DNA from: Candidatus Marinarcus sp.
GTDB taxonomy: Bacteria; Campylobacterota; Campylobacteria; Campylobacterales; Arcobacteraceae
DNA length: 64,000 bases
Direction of reading: 5' to 3'
NCBI RefSeq assembly: GCF_048571275.1
Contig: NZ_CP182357.1
Span: forward strand, 1,142,125 to 1,206,124
Each line of letters begins with the position of its first letter. Within the stretch, counting starts at the first letter, position 1. Both the position numbers and the translations under genes were made by a program. Below are positions 50,221 through 60,946 of the stretch, piece after piece. The notes beneath the pieces were generated by a model. That model saw only the letters and a list, made by a program, of their open reading frames with translations, did not search any database and was not told the origin of the DNA.

Positions 50221-50266
50221 AGTTAAGTTTTTTGTTGTTGAGTTAAGTTTTTTGTTGTATATGACA
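50221..50266 (-). repeat. tnsE-proximal transposon end with two tandem TnsB sites
   Basis: AGTTAAGTTTTTTGTTGT at 50221-50238 and 50241-50258 (20-bp period), then ATATGACA. Confidence 0.92.
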
Positions 50267-50271
50267 TGACC
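50267..50271 (+). repeat. 5-bp target-site duplication TGACC (right copy)
   Basis: Matches 31793-31797. Confidence 0.95.
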
Positions 50272-50537
50272 ATAATGGTGTTGTTTGCACCTGCTGCTTG
50301 ATGTGCAATGGCATCCACGCCAAGTGCTCCCCCACTTACAATGCAAAAACCTGCAGAGGACAATTTGTTTGCGATGGTATGGGTGAAAATTTTTGTACTG
50401 GGAAAAGGATGTCTGGTGCCCACAATGGAGACTTTGGGTTTTTCTAAAAGTTGCGTATTTCCAATATAAAAGAGTTTTTCGGGATATTTTTGCATCACAT
50501 CAAGTGCATTTACATGAAAATCTAAACTCTGAATCAT
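50267..50537 (-). pseudogene. dprA: dprA 5' fragment
   Basis: YPEKLFYIGN; KVSIVGTR; IVSGGALGVDAIAHQAA; NTIMV; after the junction the frame continues into the transposon end and stops at 50223. Confidence 0.93.
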
Positions 50538-50555
50538 TGTCATCCTTTGGTAACA

Positions 50556-50564
50556 ATTATAACA
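50556..50564 (-). promoter_or_regulatory. Extended -10 promoter of dprA (TGTTATAAT)
   Basis: Perfect TGnTATAAT on the minus strand, 18 nt upstream of the probable ATG 50537. Confidence 0.65.
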
Positions 50565-50665
50565 CAGAAGTAAAAAATTATCAAAAAAAATATATTACAG
50601 GAAAATAATTATTCTTTAATAAAAATTATCCTATAATTCTTTTACTTCAATTTAAAGGAGAAGAA

Positions 50666-51688
50666 ATGAAAATTGAAAGAATATTAGGAATGTTTGCAAT
50701 AGTAGTCTCTATTGCAATGGGGAGTTCATTGGTTGAAAAAGTTAAAGGAAGTGGTTTAAAAGCGATTCCTTCAAGTAATTATGAGTTGTTGCAACTCATT
50801 GATGATCCCAAAGATCCTATCACAGATGCAAAAGTGGAATTGGGTAAAAAGTTATATTTTGATCCAAGATTGTCTCGAAGCAATTTAATCAGCTGTAATA
50901 CCTGCCATAATCTTGCTTTGGGTGGGGTAGATGGTGTGAGTGCTGCTGTTGGGCATAAGTGGACTGCCAATCCACATCATTTGAATTCACCTACAGTGTA
51001 TAACTCGGTGTTTTTTGATGCTCAATTTTGGGATGGAAGAAGTGCTCATTTAGCTGATCAAGCTCAAGGTCCAGTACAAGCTGGTCCTGAAATGGCTTCA
51101 CCAAAAGCATTGGTTGAAAAACGAATTAACTCAATACCCGAATATGTCAATGAGTTTAAAGTGGCATATGGAGATCATGTAAAAGTTGATTTTGAACGAA
51201 TAACATCAACCATCGCATTGTTTGAAAAAACATTGGTGACCCCTTCTCGATTTGATTTGTTTTTAAATGGGAATGAAAATGCCTTAAGCAAAGAGGAGAA
51301 AAAAGGGTTGAATACCTTTATAGACAAAGGGTGTGCTTCTTGTCACAATGGGATTGCTTTAGGAGGAACACTGCAACCTTTTGAAGTAGCGGCCAAATAT
51401 AAATTTTCTGAAATTGGTGATTTTAAAGGCAATAAAGATGGTATGGTTAAAACACCAACATTAAGAAACATAACACAAACCGCACCATATTTTCATAATG
51501 GAGCCATTTGGAGTTTACCTGATGCCATTAAAGAGATGGGTTCAGTTCAATTAGGAATTAAAATCAGCGACAATGAAGCAAAAGAAATTTTGACTTTTTT
51601 CAAAGCATTAGAGGGCAAAAAACCTGTTATTGTTTATCCTGAACTTCCTAAGAGCAGTGAAACGACACCTAAACCAACGTTTAATTAA
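50666..51688 (+). CDS. Di-heme cytochrome c peroxidase
   Basis: Signal peptide; LYFDPRLS; CNTCH and CASCH heme motifs; QFWDGR; KTPTLRNI..TAPYFHNG. Confidence 0.92.
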   Translation: MKIERILGMFAIVVSIAMGSSLVEKVKGSGLKAIPSSNYELLQLIDDPKDPITDAKVELGKKLYFDPRLSRSNLISCNTCHNLALGGVDGVSAAVGHKWTANPHHLNSPTVYNSVFFDAQFWDGRSAHLADQAQGPVQAGPEMASPKALVEKRINSIPEYVNEFKVAYGDHVKVDFERITSTIALFEKTLVTPSRFDLFLNGNENALSKEEKKGLNTFIDKGCASCHNGIALGGTLQPFEVAAKYKFSEIGDFKGNKDGMVKTPTLRNITQTAPYFHNGAIWSLPDAIKEMGSVQLGIKISDNEAKEILTFFKALEGKKPVIVYPELPKSSETTPKPTFN

Positions 51689-51711
51689 GAGTAACGTTTT
51701 TTATAGGTGGT

Positions 51712-51742
51712 GTGCCAATCATTTTATGGTTGGCACTTTTTT
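51712..51742 (+). terminator. Intrinsic terminator after the peroxidase gene
   Basis: GTGCCAATCA-TTTTA-TGGTTGGCAC followed by T6. Confidence 0.75.
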
Positions 51743-52787
51743 ATTGAACGGGTAACTCATTGATATAGACAATATTTAAGTCTTTGAGCAGTGGTTTGGA
51801 CTCTTTTAATACTTTTATTGTCATGTTATGTGGATGGCCAATGGCAATGGCATAACCGCTTTTTTTAGCACTTTCAATCGCTTTTTTCAATTGCTTTTGT
51901 ATGTAGTCATACTCAAGATTATTGTCCAAAAAGATATTTCTTGCCAAATAAGGCACACCATATTTTTGTGCATATTTTTTTGCCACTGTTTGTGCCGTGG
52001 TTCTGCTGTCTACAAATGAAAAGTTATATTTTTTCAAGGCTCTAAAAAGTTTATCCATTGAGGCATCATCTGCTGTGAATTTACTTCCTGTATGGTTATT
52101 GGTAAAGTGTGCATTCGGATAGAGTTCATGAATTTTTTTGACTCTGTTTTCAATCTTTTCATAGCTGTCACCTATATGCAACGTGTTTGCTTCTTCATAC
52201 TTAAATGAATTCGCTTGCATAGGGAAATGAATCATATGAAAGGGGATATTCTGTGCAATTTTTGCAGAGTTTTTATGATGAGGTGTGGGAGGCATAAAAG
52301 ACATATTAATTTTGTAATCAATGGTATTTAAGTTGTTGACTTGAGACTGCATAGTAACATCATCAATGATAATGGCGAGTTTTGGTCTTTTATCTTGTGG
52401 TGTTTCACCCACTACTACAGGTTTTTTTTCTGCAGGAGTGACCTCTGTTGCAGGTTCGTGTGTGTACTCTTTTTCCAGCTCTTCTGTGTACTCTTCAAAA
52501 GCTTTTTCTAAAGGGGTGAGATTCTCTTCTTTATCGATGGTTGGCATATAGGTTGTGAGTTTTTCATCTTTAAAAATATCAAATGTTTTATCCTGTTCTT
52601 TGACTTGTTTTTGACTCTTTTTAGCAGGTGCTTTGACCTCTTTGGTATCTAAAAAGTAATAGCCCACAATAGTTGAAGTAAGGGTTATAATCAGTATCAA
52701 TAAAATATAGTTGATTAATTTCAGTCTGTTATAGTTGTTATTATTTTTTTTAGGTTTTCGTGTTGTTTTTGGTCTTTTTTTAGTCAT
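51741..52787 (-). CDS. Divergent polysaccharide deacetylase family protein
   Basis: N-terminal TM; LAIIIDD; NNHTGS; FVDSRT; RNIFLDN; AIGHP. Confidence 0.88.
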   Translation of the reverse strand: MTKKRPKTTRKPKKNNNNYNRLKLINYILLILIITLTSTIVGYYFLDTKEVKAPAKKSQKQVKEQDKTFDIFKDEKLTTYMPTIDKEENLTPLEKAFEEYTEELEKEYTHEPATEVTPAEKKPVVVGETPQDKRPKLAIIIDDVTMQSQVNNLNTIDYKINMSFMPPTPHHKNSAKIAQNIPFHMIHFPMQANSFKYEEANTLHIGDSYEKIENRVKKIHELYPNAHFTNNHTGSKFTADDASMDKLFRALKKYNFSFVDSRTTAQTVAKKYAQKYGVPYLARNIFLDNNLEYDYIQKQLKKAIESAKKSGYAIAIGHPHNMTIKVLKESKPLLKDLNIVYINELPVQ

Positions 52788-52802
52788 TCAGTGTAAAGGA
52801 TT

Positions 52803-52823
52803 AAAAAACAGGGGAGCCCTGTT
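52803..52823 (-). terminator. Intrinsic terminator after ilvC
   Basis: Minus strand AACAGGG-CTC-CCCTGTT running into a T tract. Confidence 0.7.
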
Positions 52824-52847
52824 CTTTACCTTTTAATCCTTTAGAAA

Positions 52848-53918
<1,071 letters not shown>

Positions 53919-55976
53919 CTAAATCTTAGGTAATTGTATTTTAAAACAAGCACCTTTGAATTTTTTATTTTTGAGTTCAAATTCCTCATTAGAAGCCCTA
54001 ATAAAGCCTTTCAAATGTTTCTCAATAATATCTTTGCTGATATATAATCCAATTCCAGTACCTTGACTTTGGTGTTTGGTGGTAAAATAAGGATCAAATA
54101 TTTTGTCCATGAGTTCCTCTTTGATTCCGCCTGCATTATCACAAATTTCTATAACATTATCTGTTTGTGTTGAGTAAGCTTTAATTTTAAGGTATTTTTT
54201 CTCAATTTTATTTTCACAGAGCGCATCTTTTGCATTGGTTAAAATATTGAGAAAAACTTGAGACAGTTCATTGGGAAGGCCAAAAGAGAGTAACGGACTC
54301 TCTTCATACTCTTGGAAAATTTCAATGTGTTGATTTTTATAAGAAGCATCTGTAATGTGAATGGCTTTTTGCATTATCTCTAAAATATCAATTTGAACTA
54401 AGGTTTTGTTTTGTGTAAAGAAATTTCTAAAATCTTCAATGGTATGACTTAAAAAGTCCACATATTTTATAATATCAATATAGGATTTATCAATGTCTTC
54501 ATTGCTGGCAAGATTGAGTTTTCTTTGCAGTTGCATACTTGAAACCGTTGAAGAGATGGCACTTAAGGGTTGTCTCCATTGGTGGGCAATATTTCCAATC
54601 ATCTCCCCCATTGAAGCAAAACGTGATTGTTGAATAAGTTGTTTATCTCGTTGTCTGTTTATTTCAACCTCTTTTTTTATTTTTTGTTCAAGGTTTTCAT
54701 TTAATTTTATTAACTCATTGGTTTTTTCATGCACCATATTTTCTAAGTTATCATTTAACAGTGTCAATTTTGTTTGTGCATAGATTAAATCCGTAATATC
54801 ATTTAGGGAAACCACCACAATAAAAGTATCTGAATCAATATAGTTTTTCTTTGCTGTAATGGTAAAATAGTGCAGTTCATCTTTATGGTACATCGCAACT
54901 TTGTGAATTTTATCTGTTTCTCCAATAATATAGTCATACCATCTTTTTTCATCGCCATAATCCATATCGGTGATATATTCATCATCATTTAAATCGACAA
55001 AAAAATTACAGATGCAGGCATGTTCTTTATTAAAATCTTCAAAGTTGTTATAGCCATCAAAGAACTCAATGAGGGCTTCATTTGAGTCAATCATCTTCTC
55101 TCCATCACTGACTACAACGATATTGAGTTGGGCATCTAAAATTCCTCGAATAAATTTTTCTTGACGTTTTAAGTCATCCATACTGTTTGCTAGGTCATTG
55201 TTTAAATTGGCAAGTTTTTTATTGTTTCTGTGAATTTGTTGGGTGATGATATAACCAAAAAAACTCACCAAGATAACAATAAGTGCAACCGTAAAGATTT
55301 CAAGATTGACGTAATGATCTTTTTGTTTTTGAATGGTTTTTTCCAAGTTGTACAAGTCGATTTCGCCTTCAAACAGGAGTCGATTTGCATTCTCCCCCAT
55401 TCGTGTGAAATAAGATGGCATGGTTTTATAAAATCGTTTGATTTTTGTAGCGTATTGAAAATATTGCTCTTTATCCTCTTGAGCGGCATCGCGTTGTTCT
55501 ATGAGGGTAACTATTTGCTGGGTCATTTCAGTTAATTCATTGAGCTTTGGAACAATATCAATCGCTTCAAGTGAGACGTTTTCTTTACTGTTGCTATACT
55601 GAACAGTTTTTATCGTGTTCAAATGACCCTCTATATTCAGTCGAATATAGTGCTGATATGTTCCGCCCTTGTTCAGAACAGTTAAAATATCTTTAATGGT
55701 GGTAATTCTTTGATTGATTTTCGCAGTAATGAATTCACGACCTTTTTTATTGGTTGTAATGGTTGCCAATTCATAAAAATCGGCTCTGATTTCATAAAGA
55801 TCAGTAACGATATACTCACCCAGTTGGATTTTTGCTTTTAAATTGAGTGTTTTTTTATCCAATTTCTCAATTAAATTCATGAAAAACAGATGAATAGTTA
55901 TCAAAGAGATGATGCCCAGAAAAAAAACAAGAATGAGTAAAATGAGTTTTTTGAGTGTAATTGGAATGGTATTCAT
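53919..55976 (-). CDS. Membrane sensor histidine kinase (periplasmic domain, PAS-like, HisKA, HATPase_c)
   Basis: Two TM helices; GEMIGNIAHQWRQPL; NAKDA; DNAGGI; GTGIGLY; probable ATG 55976. Confidence 0.9.
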   Translation of the reverse strand: MNTIPITLKKLILLILVFFLGIISLITIHLFFMNLIEKLDKKTLNLKAKIQLGEYIVTDLYEIRADFYELATITTNKKGREFITAKINQRITTIKDILTVLNKGGTYQHYIRLNIEGHLNTIKTVQYSNSKENVSLEAIDIVPKLNELTEMTQQIVTLIEQRDAAQEDKEQYFQYATKIKRFYKTMPSYFTRMGENANRLLFEGEIDLYNLEKTIQKQKDHYVNLEIFTVALIVILVSFFGYIITQQIHRNNKKLANLNNDLANSMDDLKRQEKFIRGILDAQLNIVVVSDGEKMIDSNEALIEFFDGYNNFEDFNKEHACICNFFVDLNDDEYITDMDYGDEKRWYDYIIGETDKIHKVAMYHKDELHYFTITAKKNYIDSDTFIVVVSLNDITDLIYAQTKLTLLNDNLENMVHEKTNELIKLNENLEQKIKKEVEINRQRDKQLIQQSRFASMGEMIGNIAHQWRQPLSAISSTVSSMQLQRKLNLASNEDIDKSYIDIIKYVDFLSHTIEDFRNFFTQNKTLVQIDILEIMQKAIHITDASYKNQHIEIFQEYEESPLLSFGLPNELSQVFLNILTNAKDALCENKIEKKYLKIKAYSTQTDNVIEICDNAGGIKEELMDKIFDPYFTTKHQSQGTGIGLYISKDIIEKHLKGFIRASNEEFELKNKKFKGACFKIQLPKI

Positions 55977-55986
55977 ATGATCACTT

Positions 55987-56742
55987 TTATAAAAAACCAT
56001 ATTTTTTCATAATGGCTTTCCCCTCTTGTGACGCTGCAAATTGCATAAAATCTTTTGCAATATCTTTGTGTTGTGAAAAACTTAACAGATTAATGACCAA
56101 ATTTTTTTTAGGAGCCAAACTTTCATTCAAATCAATCGTATCAATGTAATTCGCATTTTCACTCCAAGAAGCTGATGCTCTCCAATTGATGGAAACATCA
56201 ATTTTTTTTTCAATAAAAGCTTTGTTGATATTTCTGGAATCTGTACCTATTTGTGAAGCATTGTCGTAGACTTTAAAGAAAAAATCTTCTCCTTTATATT
56301 TTGTTAAAATAAGTTTTGTCACTCTTCCAATGCTTCCACTGTTTGGGTCACAAAGCATGACAGAATTGTTTTTATTGGTTAAGTCATCAAGCGATTTAAT
56401 CTGTTTAGGATTGCCTTTTTGAACAAAAATAACGGCTTGGTTATAGCCAATGTATTGGGCATCTAAAAGAAAGCCATCTTTTAAATTGTTTTTTCTATAA
56501 GAGTCGCTTCCCGGAAGATATAAATCCCCTTTTTGACTGTATTTCAGTGAGTCATACAAATCTTCAGAACCACCTTGTGAAATTTGAATGATACAATTGT
56601 GTTTTTTTTCTATGATTTTTGCCATCTCTTTAATGGGTTTAACCATCGTTATTCCACAATAAAAGAGCAAAGTGGGTTTTTCTTGGGCGAAAGAAGTTAA
56701 TGCATATAAAAGAGTCAGTAGGGTGAATAAGATTTTCTTCAT
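55987..56742 (-). CDS. ModA-like periplasmic substrate-binding protein
   Basis: Signal peptide; YCGITMVKP; QGGSEDL; GDLYLPGS; VQKGNPK; no permease nearby. Confidence 0.75.
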   Translation of the reverse strand: MKKILFTLLTLLYALTSFAQEKPTLLFYCGITMVKPIKEMAKIIEKKHNCIIQISQGGSEDLYDSLKYSQKGDLYLPGSDSYRKNNLKDGFLLDAQYIGYNQAVIFVQKGNPKQIKSLDDLTNKNNSVMLCDPNSGSIGRVTKLILTKYKGEDFFFKVYDNASQIGTDSRNINKAFIEKKIDVSINWRASASWSENANYIDTIDLNESLAPKKNLVINLLSFSQHKDIAKDFMQFAASQEGKAIMKKYGFL

Positions 56743-56840
56743 GTTAATTACACCTCTTAAATGAGTTTATGATAAGATAAGTAAAATCAAATTTATTATA
56801 ATATAAAGTAATTAAGAAATATATTTTTAAAGGAACTTAT

Positions 56841-58703
56841 TTGGAAAAAGAGATTTTTCTAAGACTTTATGAAGGTGTGACAACCACCCATGAAGATGAA
56901 ATTAAATATTTAAATAATCTTGTAGATGCGGGCATTTTAAAAATTGTAGAGAATCAATATTTTTTGGATACCAAATATAAAATTGGTATCATAGAACTTC
57001 AAAGAAAATTTGCCATTTTAAAAGATTTGTCCAATGAACATCGAAACATTAAATTGGAGTTTGAAAATTTAGGTGGGGCACTGGATGGTGACTTGGTGAT
57101 TGTGAAACGTTCATTTAATCCCAGAAGTCAAAGCAAATCAAAAGTGATTAAAATCATCAATTCAAAAAACAACGCCGTTTTGGTTTTTGTTAAAGATAAA
57201 AAACTTTATACGGTTAAAGAGTCTATTTTATTAAAAAATGAAGAGTTTAAAGATCTTCAAGAGGGCGATGTTCTGATTTTCAATAACAAAGAGAGCGAAA
57301 TTATTGAGAATATTGGAAATTTGAATGATGCCAGTGTAGATGAAAAAATTTCACTTTTTTTATATGCAGAGAGTTATCGTTTAACCAATAAAATCGATGT
57401 TGATCCTAATGAGTTTGATCTGGAAAATTTTGGTTCACGCGTTGATTTAACGCAACTTCCTTTTTGTACGATTGATCCAGCTACGGCCAAAGATCATGAT
57501 GATGCCATCTATTATGATGCCAAAGCTTCTGTTCTTTATGTGGCCATTGCTGATGTCTCATATTTTGTTGAAGAGAATTCACCTTTGGATCAATTGGCAT
57601 TTCAAAAATCGACTTCCATTTATCTTCCCCACAAAGTTTTGCCGATGTTGCCAGCAAGTTTGAGTGAAGAGTTGTGTTCACTCAAAGAAGATGTCAACCG
57701 ATTTGCTTATGTTTTTAAAATTTACTTGGACAAAAACAATCACAGCGTAGTAAAATCTGAATACTTTGAAGCGGTGATTAAATCGCATAAAAAGTTTTCG
57801 TATGGAAGAATCGACAGAGTCTTAGAGGGGCATTTAGACCAATATTCACAAACAGAAAAAGAGATATTTGATTATATTTTGCCTCTGTACGAAGTGACCA
57901 AAGCCATAAGGCAAGAGCGACTTAAAACAGGATATGATTTCAGAACCTTAGAGTACCGACAACGTTTGAACAACAACTATGAAGTAGAATCTATCAGCAC
58001 AGAAGAGTCAACGGCTTCACACCAGTTAGTTGAAGAGTGTATGCTCTTAGCCAATATTGAAGCGAGTAAAAAAGTCAATACAGTGGGCATTTACAGAGTC
58101 CATGAAGAGCCTTCATTTGAAGCCATATCAAAACTGGTGGATTTGGTCAATACTTTGGGAATCAGTGTTAAAATGCAAGCGAATGTACATGAAACCATTT
58201 TGGCCATTCAAAAAAAGGCACGAAGTTCATATTATGCCGATGAAATTGATGAGTTAATCATTCAATCACAAGTGCAAGCGCACTACAGTTCGACCAATTT
58301 AGGGCATTTTGGTTTAGGGTTTAAGTCCTATTCTCACTTTACTTCACCCATCCGTCGATACTCCGATTTGGTCTTACATCGAATGTTAAAAACCAAAGAA
58401 ACACCTGAAAATATTGATGATGTGTGTGCGCATATTTCCAACCAACAACGAAAAGTTGACCAATTGGTGTGGGACTTTGAAGACAGAAAATATGCTCGAT
58501 GGGCAAGCAAACATATCGGGGAAGAGTTTAAAGCCAGAATAGTAGATGCAGAAAAAGGAATTGCAAAATTTTATAAAGAGATGCCAGGCTTGAGAGTTTT
58601 TTTAGATAACTTCAAAGCTCAATTGTTGTTTACTAAACTCAAAGTGGTCATCAAAGAGGTCGATATTGTTTCAAAAACAATCATTGCCAGTATTAAATAT
58701 TAA
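56841..58703 (+). CDS. rnr: RNase R / RNB-domain exoribonuclease
   Basis: TIDPATAKDHDDAI; VAIADVS; EECMLLAN; YSHFTSPIRRYSDL. Confidence 0.9.
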   Translation: MEKEIFLRLYEGVTTTHEDEIKYLNNLVDAGILKIVENQYFLDTKYKIGIIELQRKFAILKDLSNEHRNIKLEFENLGGALDGDLVIVKRSFNPRSQSKSKVIKIINSKNNAVLVFVKDKKLYTVKESILLKNEEFKDLQEGDVLIFNNKESEIIENIGNLNDASVDEKISLFLYAESYRLTNKIDVDPNEFDLENFGSRVDLTQLPFCTIDPATAKDHDDAIYYDAKASVLYVAIADVSYFVEENSPLDQLAFQKSTSIYLPHKVLPMLPASLSEELCSLKEDVNRFAYVFKIYLDKNNHSVVKSEYFEAVIKSHKKFSYGRIDRVLEGHLDQYSQTEKEIFDYILPLYEVTKAIRQERLKTGYDFRTLEYRQRLNNNYEVESISTEESTASHQLVEECMLLANIEASKKVNTVGIYRVHEEPSFEAISKLVDLVNTLGISVKMQANVHETILAIQKKARSSYYADEIDELIIQSQVQAHYSSTNLGHFGLGFKSYSHFTSPIRRYSDLVLHRMLKTKETPENIDDVCAHISNQQRKVDQLVWDFEDRKYARWASKHIGEEFKARIVDAEKGIAKFYKEMPGLRVFLDNFKAQLLFTKLKVVIKEVDIVSKTIIASIKY

Positions 58704-58722
58704 GTGTGGGAAAATATAACGA

Positions 58723-59703
58723 ATGTACAAAAATGAATTTGATAATTTACTCAGACAAAATAAAACGTTCAGTGCCTATATGTTTTATGGACAATCTCAT
58801 TTTTTAGTGGAACACTATGCGTTAACGGTGGCTGAAAAATTGGTTCCATCAGAAGATATTGAAAAAATCTATTACGATGAGTATGATTTTAAATATTGCA
58901 AAAATAAATTGTTGCAATCTTCCTTGTTTGCTTCTCGAAATGTTTTGATTATAAAAGTGGAGAAAAAACTGCCTAAAGCTGAGGTGGTTGAACTCATTCA
59001 AGCGTGTAACACCAATCCAGACAGTACCGTAATTTTTGCATGTTTGGGTGACGCTGATTTTAAAACGATGGAGAGCAATTTCAGCGCAAAAACCAATTCC
59101 GTGTGTGTGCGTATGTTTGCCCCTTTTGACAGTGAAGCCATGAGAATCATTGAAGATGAAGCCAAAAAGATAGGCTTAAAATATGAAGTTTCCGCGTTGA
59201 GCCATCTTTATTTTATGCACAGAAATGATTTGTCTTTAACCATAAATGATTTAAAAAAACTCGCCATATCCGATGAAGTTGTCTGTGCCAAAGTGGTTGA
59301 ACAACAGTGTTTTGGTTTTGGCGCCGTTTCATTGGAAGATTTCTTACACAATTTGGTTTCGGGACAAAAAATTGAGAGAGATTTGTATGCAATTTTAGAA
59401 GAGGGGATGAATGAAATTTATCTCTTAACTCAAATTACCGCTTTTGTGCAACAACTTTTTATGATAAGTGCGTATGCCAGAACGGTAGGCATTCCTAATG
59501 CAAAAGAGATTTTAGGGTTTGTGCCCCCTAAAAATGTGTGGGAAAAGAAGAGTAAATTGGCCATTTCAATTAAACCTCAAAAGTTCCAAGAGATGTTGGA
59601 ATTCTTGAATAATTTGGAATTAGAGCTTAAAACGGTTAAAATTAATGACCAAAATATATATATTCAAGCTTGTCTTAGAAAATTTTCAGTTTTATTTAGA
59701 TAA
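58723..59703 (+). CDS. holA: DNA polymerase III delta subunit
   Basis: MYKNEFDN; SSLFASRNVL; Campylobacterota rnr-holA-rpsF synteny. Confidence 0.75.
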   Translation: MYKNEFDNLLRQNKTFSAYMFYGQSHFLVEHYALTVAEKLVPSEDIEKIYYDEYDFKYCKNKLLQSSLFASRNVLIIKVEKKLPKAEVVELIQACNTNPDSTVIFACLGDADFKTMESNFSAKTNSVCVRMFAPFDSEAMRIIEDEAKKIGLKYEVSALSHLYFMHRNDLSLTINDLKKLAISDEVVCAKVVEQQCFGFGAVSLEDFLHNLVSGQKIERDLYAILEEGMNEIYLLTQITAFVQQLFMISAYARTVGIPNAKEILGFVPPKNVWEKKSKLAISIKPQKFQEMLEFLNNLELELKTVKINDQNIYIQACLRKFSVLFR

Positions 59704-59770
59704 AATCACAGACTTTACAAAAACCTTGCTGATATTTTTTAAATACCGGCGAAAACTACAAGGAGAATGA

Positions 59771-60124
59771 ATGTCAAAAGTTAAACATTATGAAACAATG
59801 TTTATTTTAAAGCCGACTCTTACAGAAGAAGAGACAGCTGCACAAATAGATTTAGTGAAAGCTAACATCGAGAAAAATGGTGGAGAAGTGGTATCTTGTG
59901 ATAACATGGGTACGAAACAATTAGCGTATGAAATTGAAAAAAATAAAAGAGGTTACTACTACGTAATCTATTTTAGAGCTCCAACAAATTCTATTTTAGA
60001 ACTTGAAAGAAATTATAGAATCAACGAAAACTTGATGAGATTTATCTTCATTAAGTATGAAAGTAAAAAAGAGATCGCTGCATGGACTAAAATGAGCGAT
60101 GAGGCTGCAAAAAAAGCAAACTAA
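59771..60124 (+). CDS. rpsF: 30S ribosomal protein S6
   Basis: HYETMFILKP; LAYEIEK; LERNYRINE. Confidence 0.95.
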   Translation: MSKVKHYETMFILKPTLTEEETAAQIDLVKANIEKNGGEVVSCDNMGTKQLAYEIEKNKRGYYYVIYFRAPTNSILELERNYRINENLMRFIFIKYESKKEIAAWTKMSDEAAKKAN

Positions 60125-60148
60125 TTTTTAAAAAAGTAGGGACCTGTC

Positions 60149-60658
60149 ATGTATAACAAAGTAGTAATGCTAGGAAATTTAACTCGAGATATTGAACTAA
60201 GATATTTGCCAACTGGTGCAGCAATTTCAAAATCAGCAATTGCGTCATCGTACAAATACAAAACTTCAACTGGTGAACAAAAAGAGGAAGTGTGTTTTTT
60301 AGATTTTAATATTTTTGGGAGAAGTGCCGAAGTTGCTAACCAATATTTACGAAAAGGTTCTAAAGTTTTATTAGAAGGGCGACTTGTATTAGAGCAATGG
60401 ACTGCACAAGATGGTTCTAGCAGAAGTAAACACTCATTAAGAGTAGATACCATGAAAATGCTAGACTCAAAATCAGAGGGGCAAAACACTTCATCTGATT
60501 ACCAACCAAACAGTCAAGATTATGGACAACATAATGCAACTCAATACAATCAACCTGCTGCAAAGCAACCGACTAATAACTATGCAAATGGTGGTATGAA
60601 TGTTCAAGAACACAGAATACCTGAAATTGATATTGACGAAGACGAAATACCGTTTTAG
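60149..60658 (+). CDS. ssb: Single-stranded DNA-binding protein
   Basis: [16 protein letters not shown]; [14 protein letters not shown]; acidic tip DEIPF. Confidence 0.96.
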   Translation: MYNKVVMLGNLTRDIELRYLPTGAAISKSAIASSYKYKTSTGEQKEEVCFLDFNIFGRSAEVANQYLRKGSKVLLEGRLVLEQWTAQDGSSRSKHSLRVDTMKMLDSKSEGQNTSSDYQPNSQDYGQHNATQYNQPAAKQPTNNYANGGMNVQEHRIPEIDIDEDEIPF

Positions 60659-60672
60659 AAAAAGGAAATACA

Positions 60673-60930
60673 ATGGCTGAGAGAAGAAAATACGGAAAAA
60701 AATTTTGTAAATATACTGAGATGAAAGTAGATTTCATTGATTATAAACATGTTGACATTTTAAAATTGTCTATGAGTGAAAGAGGTAAAATCATGCCTAG
60801 AAGACTTACAGGGAATTCTAAAAGATCTCAAGAGATGGTAGAGACTGCTATTAAAAGAGCAAGACATATGGCATTGGTACCATATATTGTTAACACTAAA
60901 AACGTTACAGACGCGGCATTCGTAAGATAA
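60673..60930 (+). CDS. rpsR: 30S ribosomal protein S18
   Basis: IDYK; [12 protein letters not shown]; IKRARHMAL. Confidence 0.96.
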   Translation: MAERRKYGKKFCKYTEMKVDFIDYKHVDILKLSMSERGKIMPRRLTGNSKRSQEMVETAIKRARHMALVPYIVNTKNVTDAAFVR

Positions 60931-60946
60931 TCGTAACTGTTGATAT

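Larger units (their letters stand above)
31798..50266. mobile_element. Tn7-like transposon (TnsA-TnsB-TnsC-TniQ plus distal TnsE-like gene), 18,469 bp, inserted in dprA
   Basis: TGT...ACA termini; 27-bp terminal IRs 25/27 identical; 5-bp TSD; complete tns gene set; visibly more AT-rich than the flanks; interrupts dprA. Confidence 0.95.

Noticed and set aside
31798-50266. CRISPR-associated transposon (CAST)
   Set aside because: No Cas6/7/8/5, Cas12k or repeat-spacer array seen; the only short tandem repeats are TnsB sites
50223-50543. 106-aa ORF as an independent gene
   Set aside because: It is the dprA 5' fragment reading into the transposon end; the tail SYTTKNLTQQQKT is translated TnsB-site DNA
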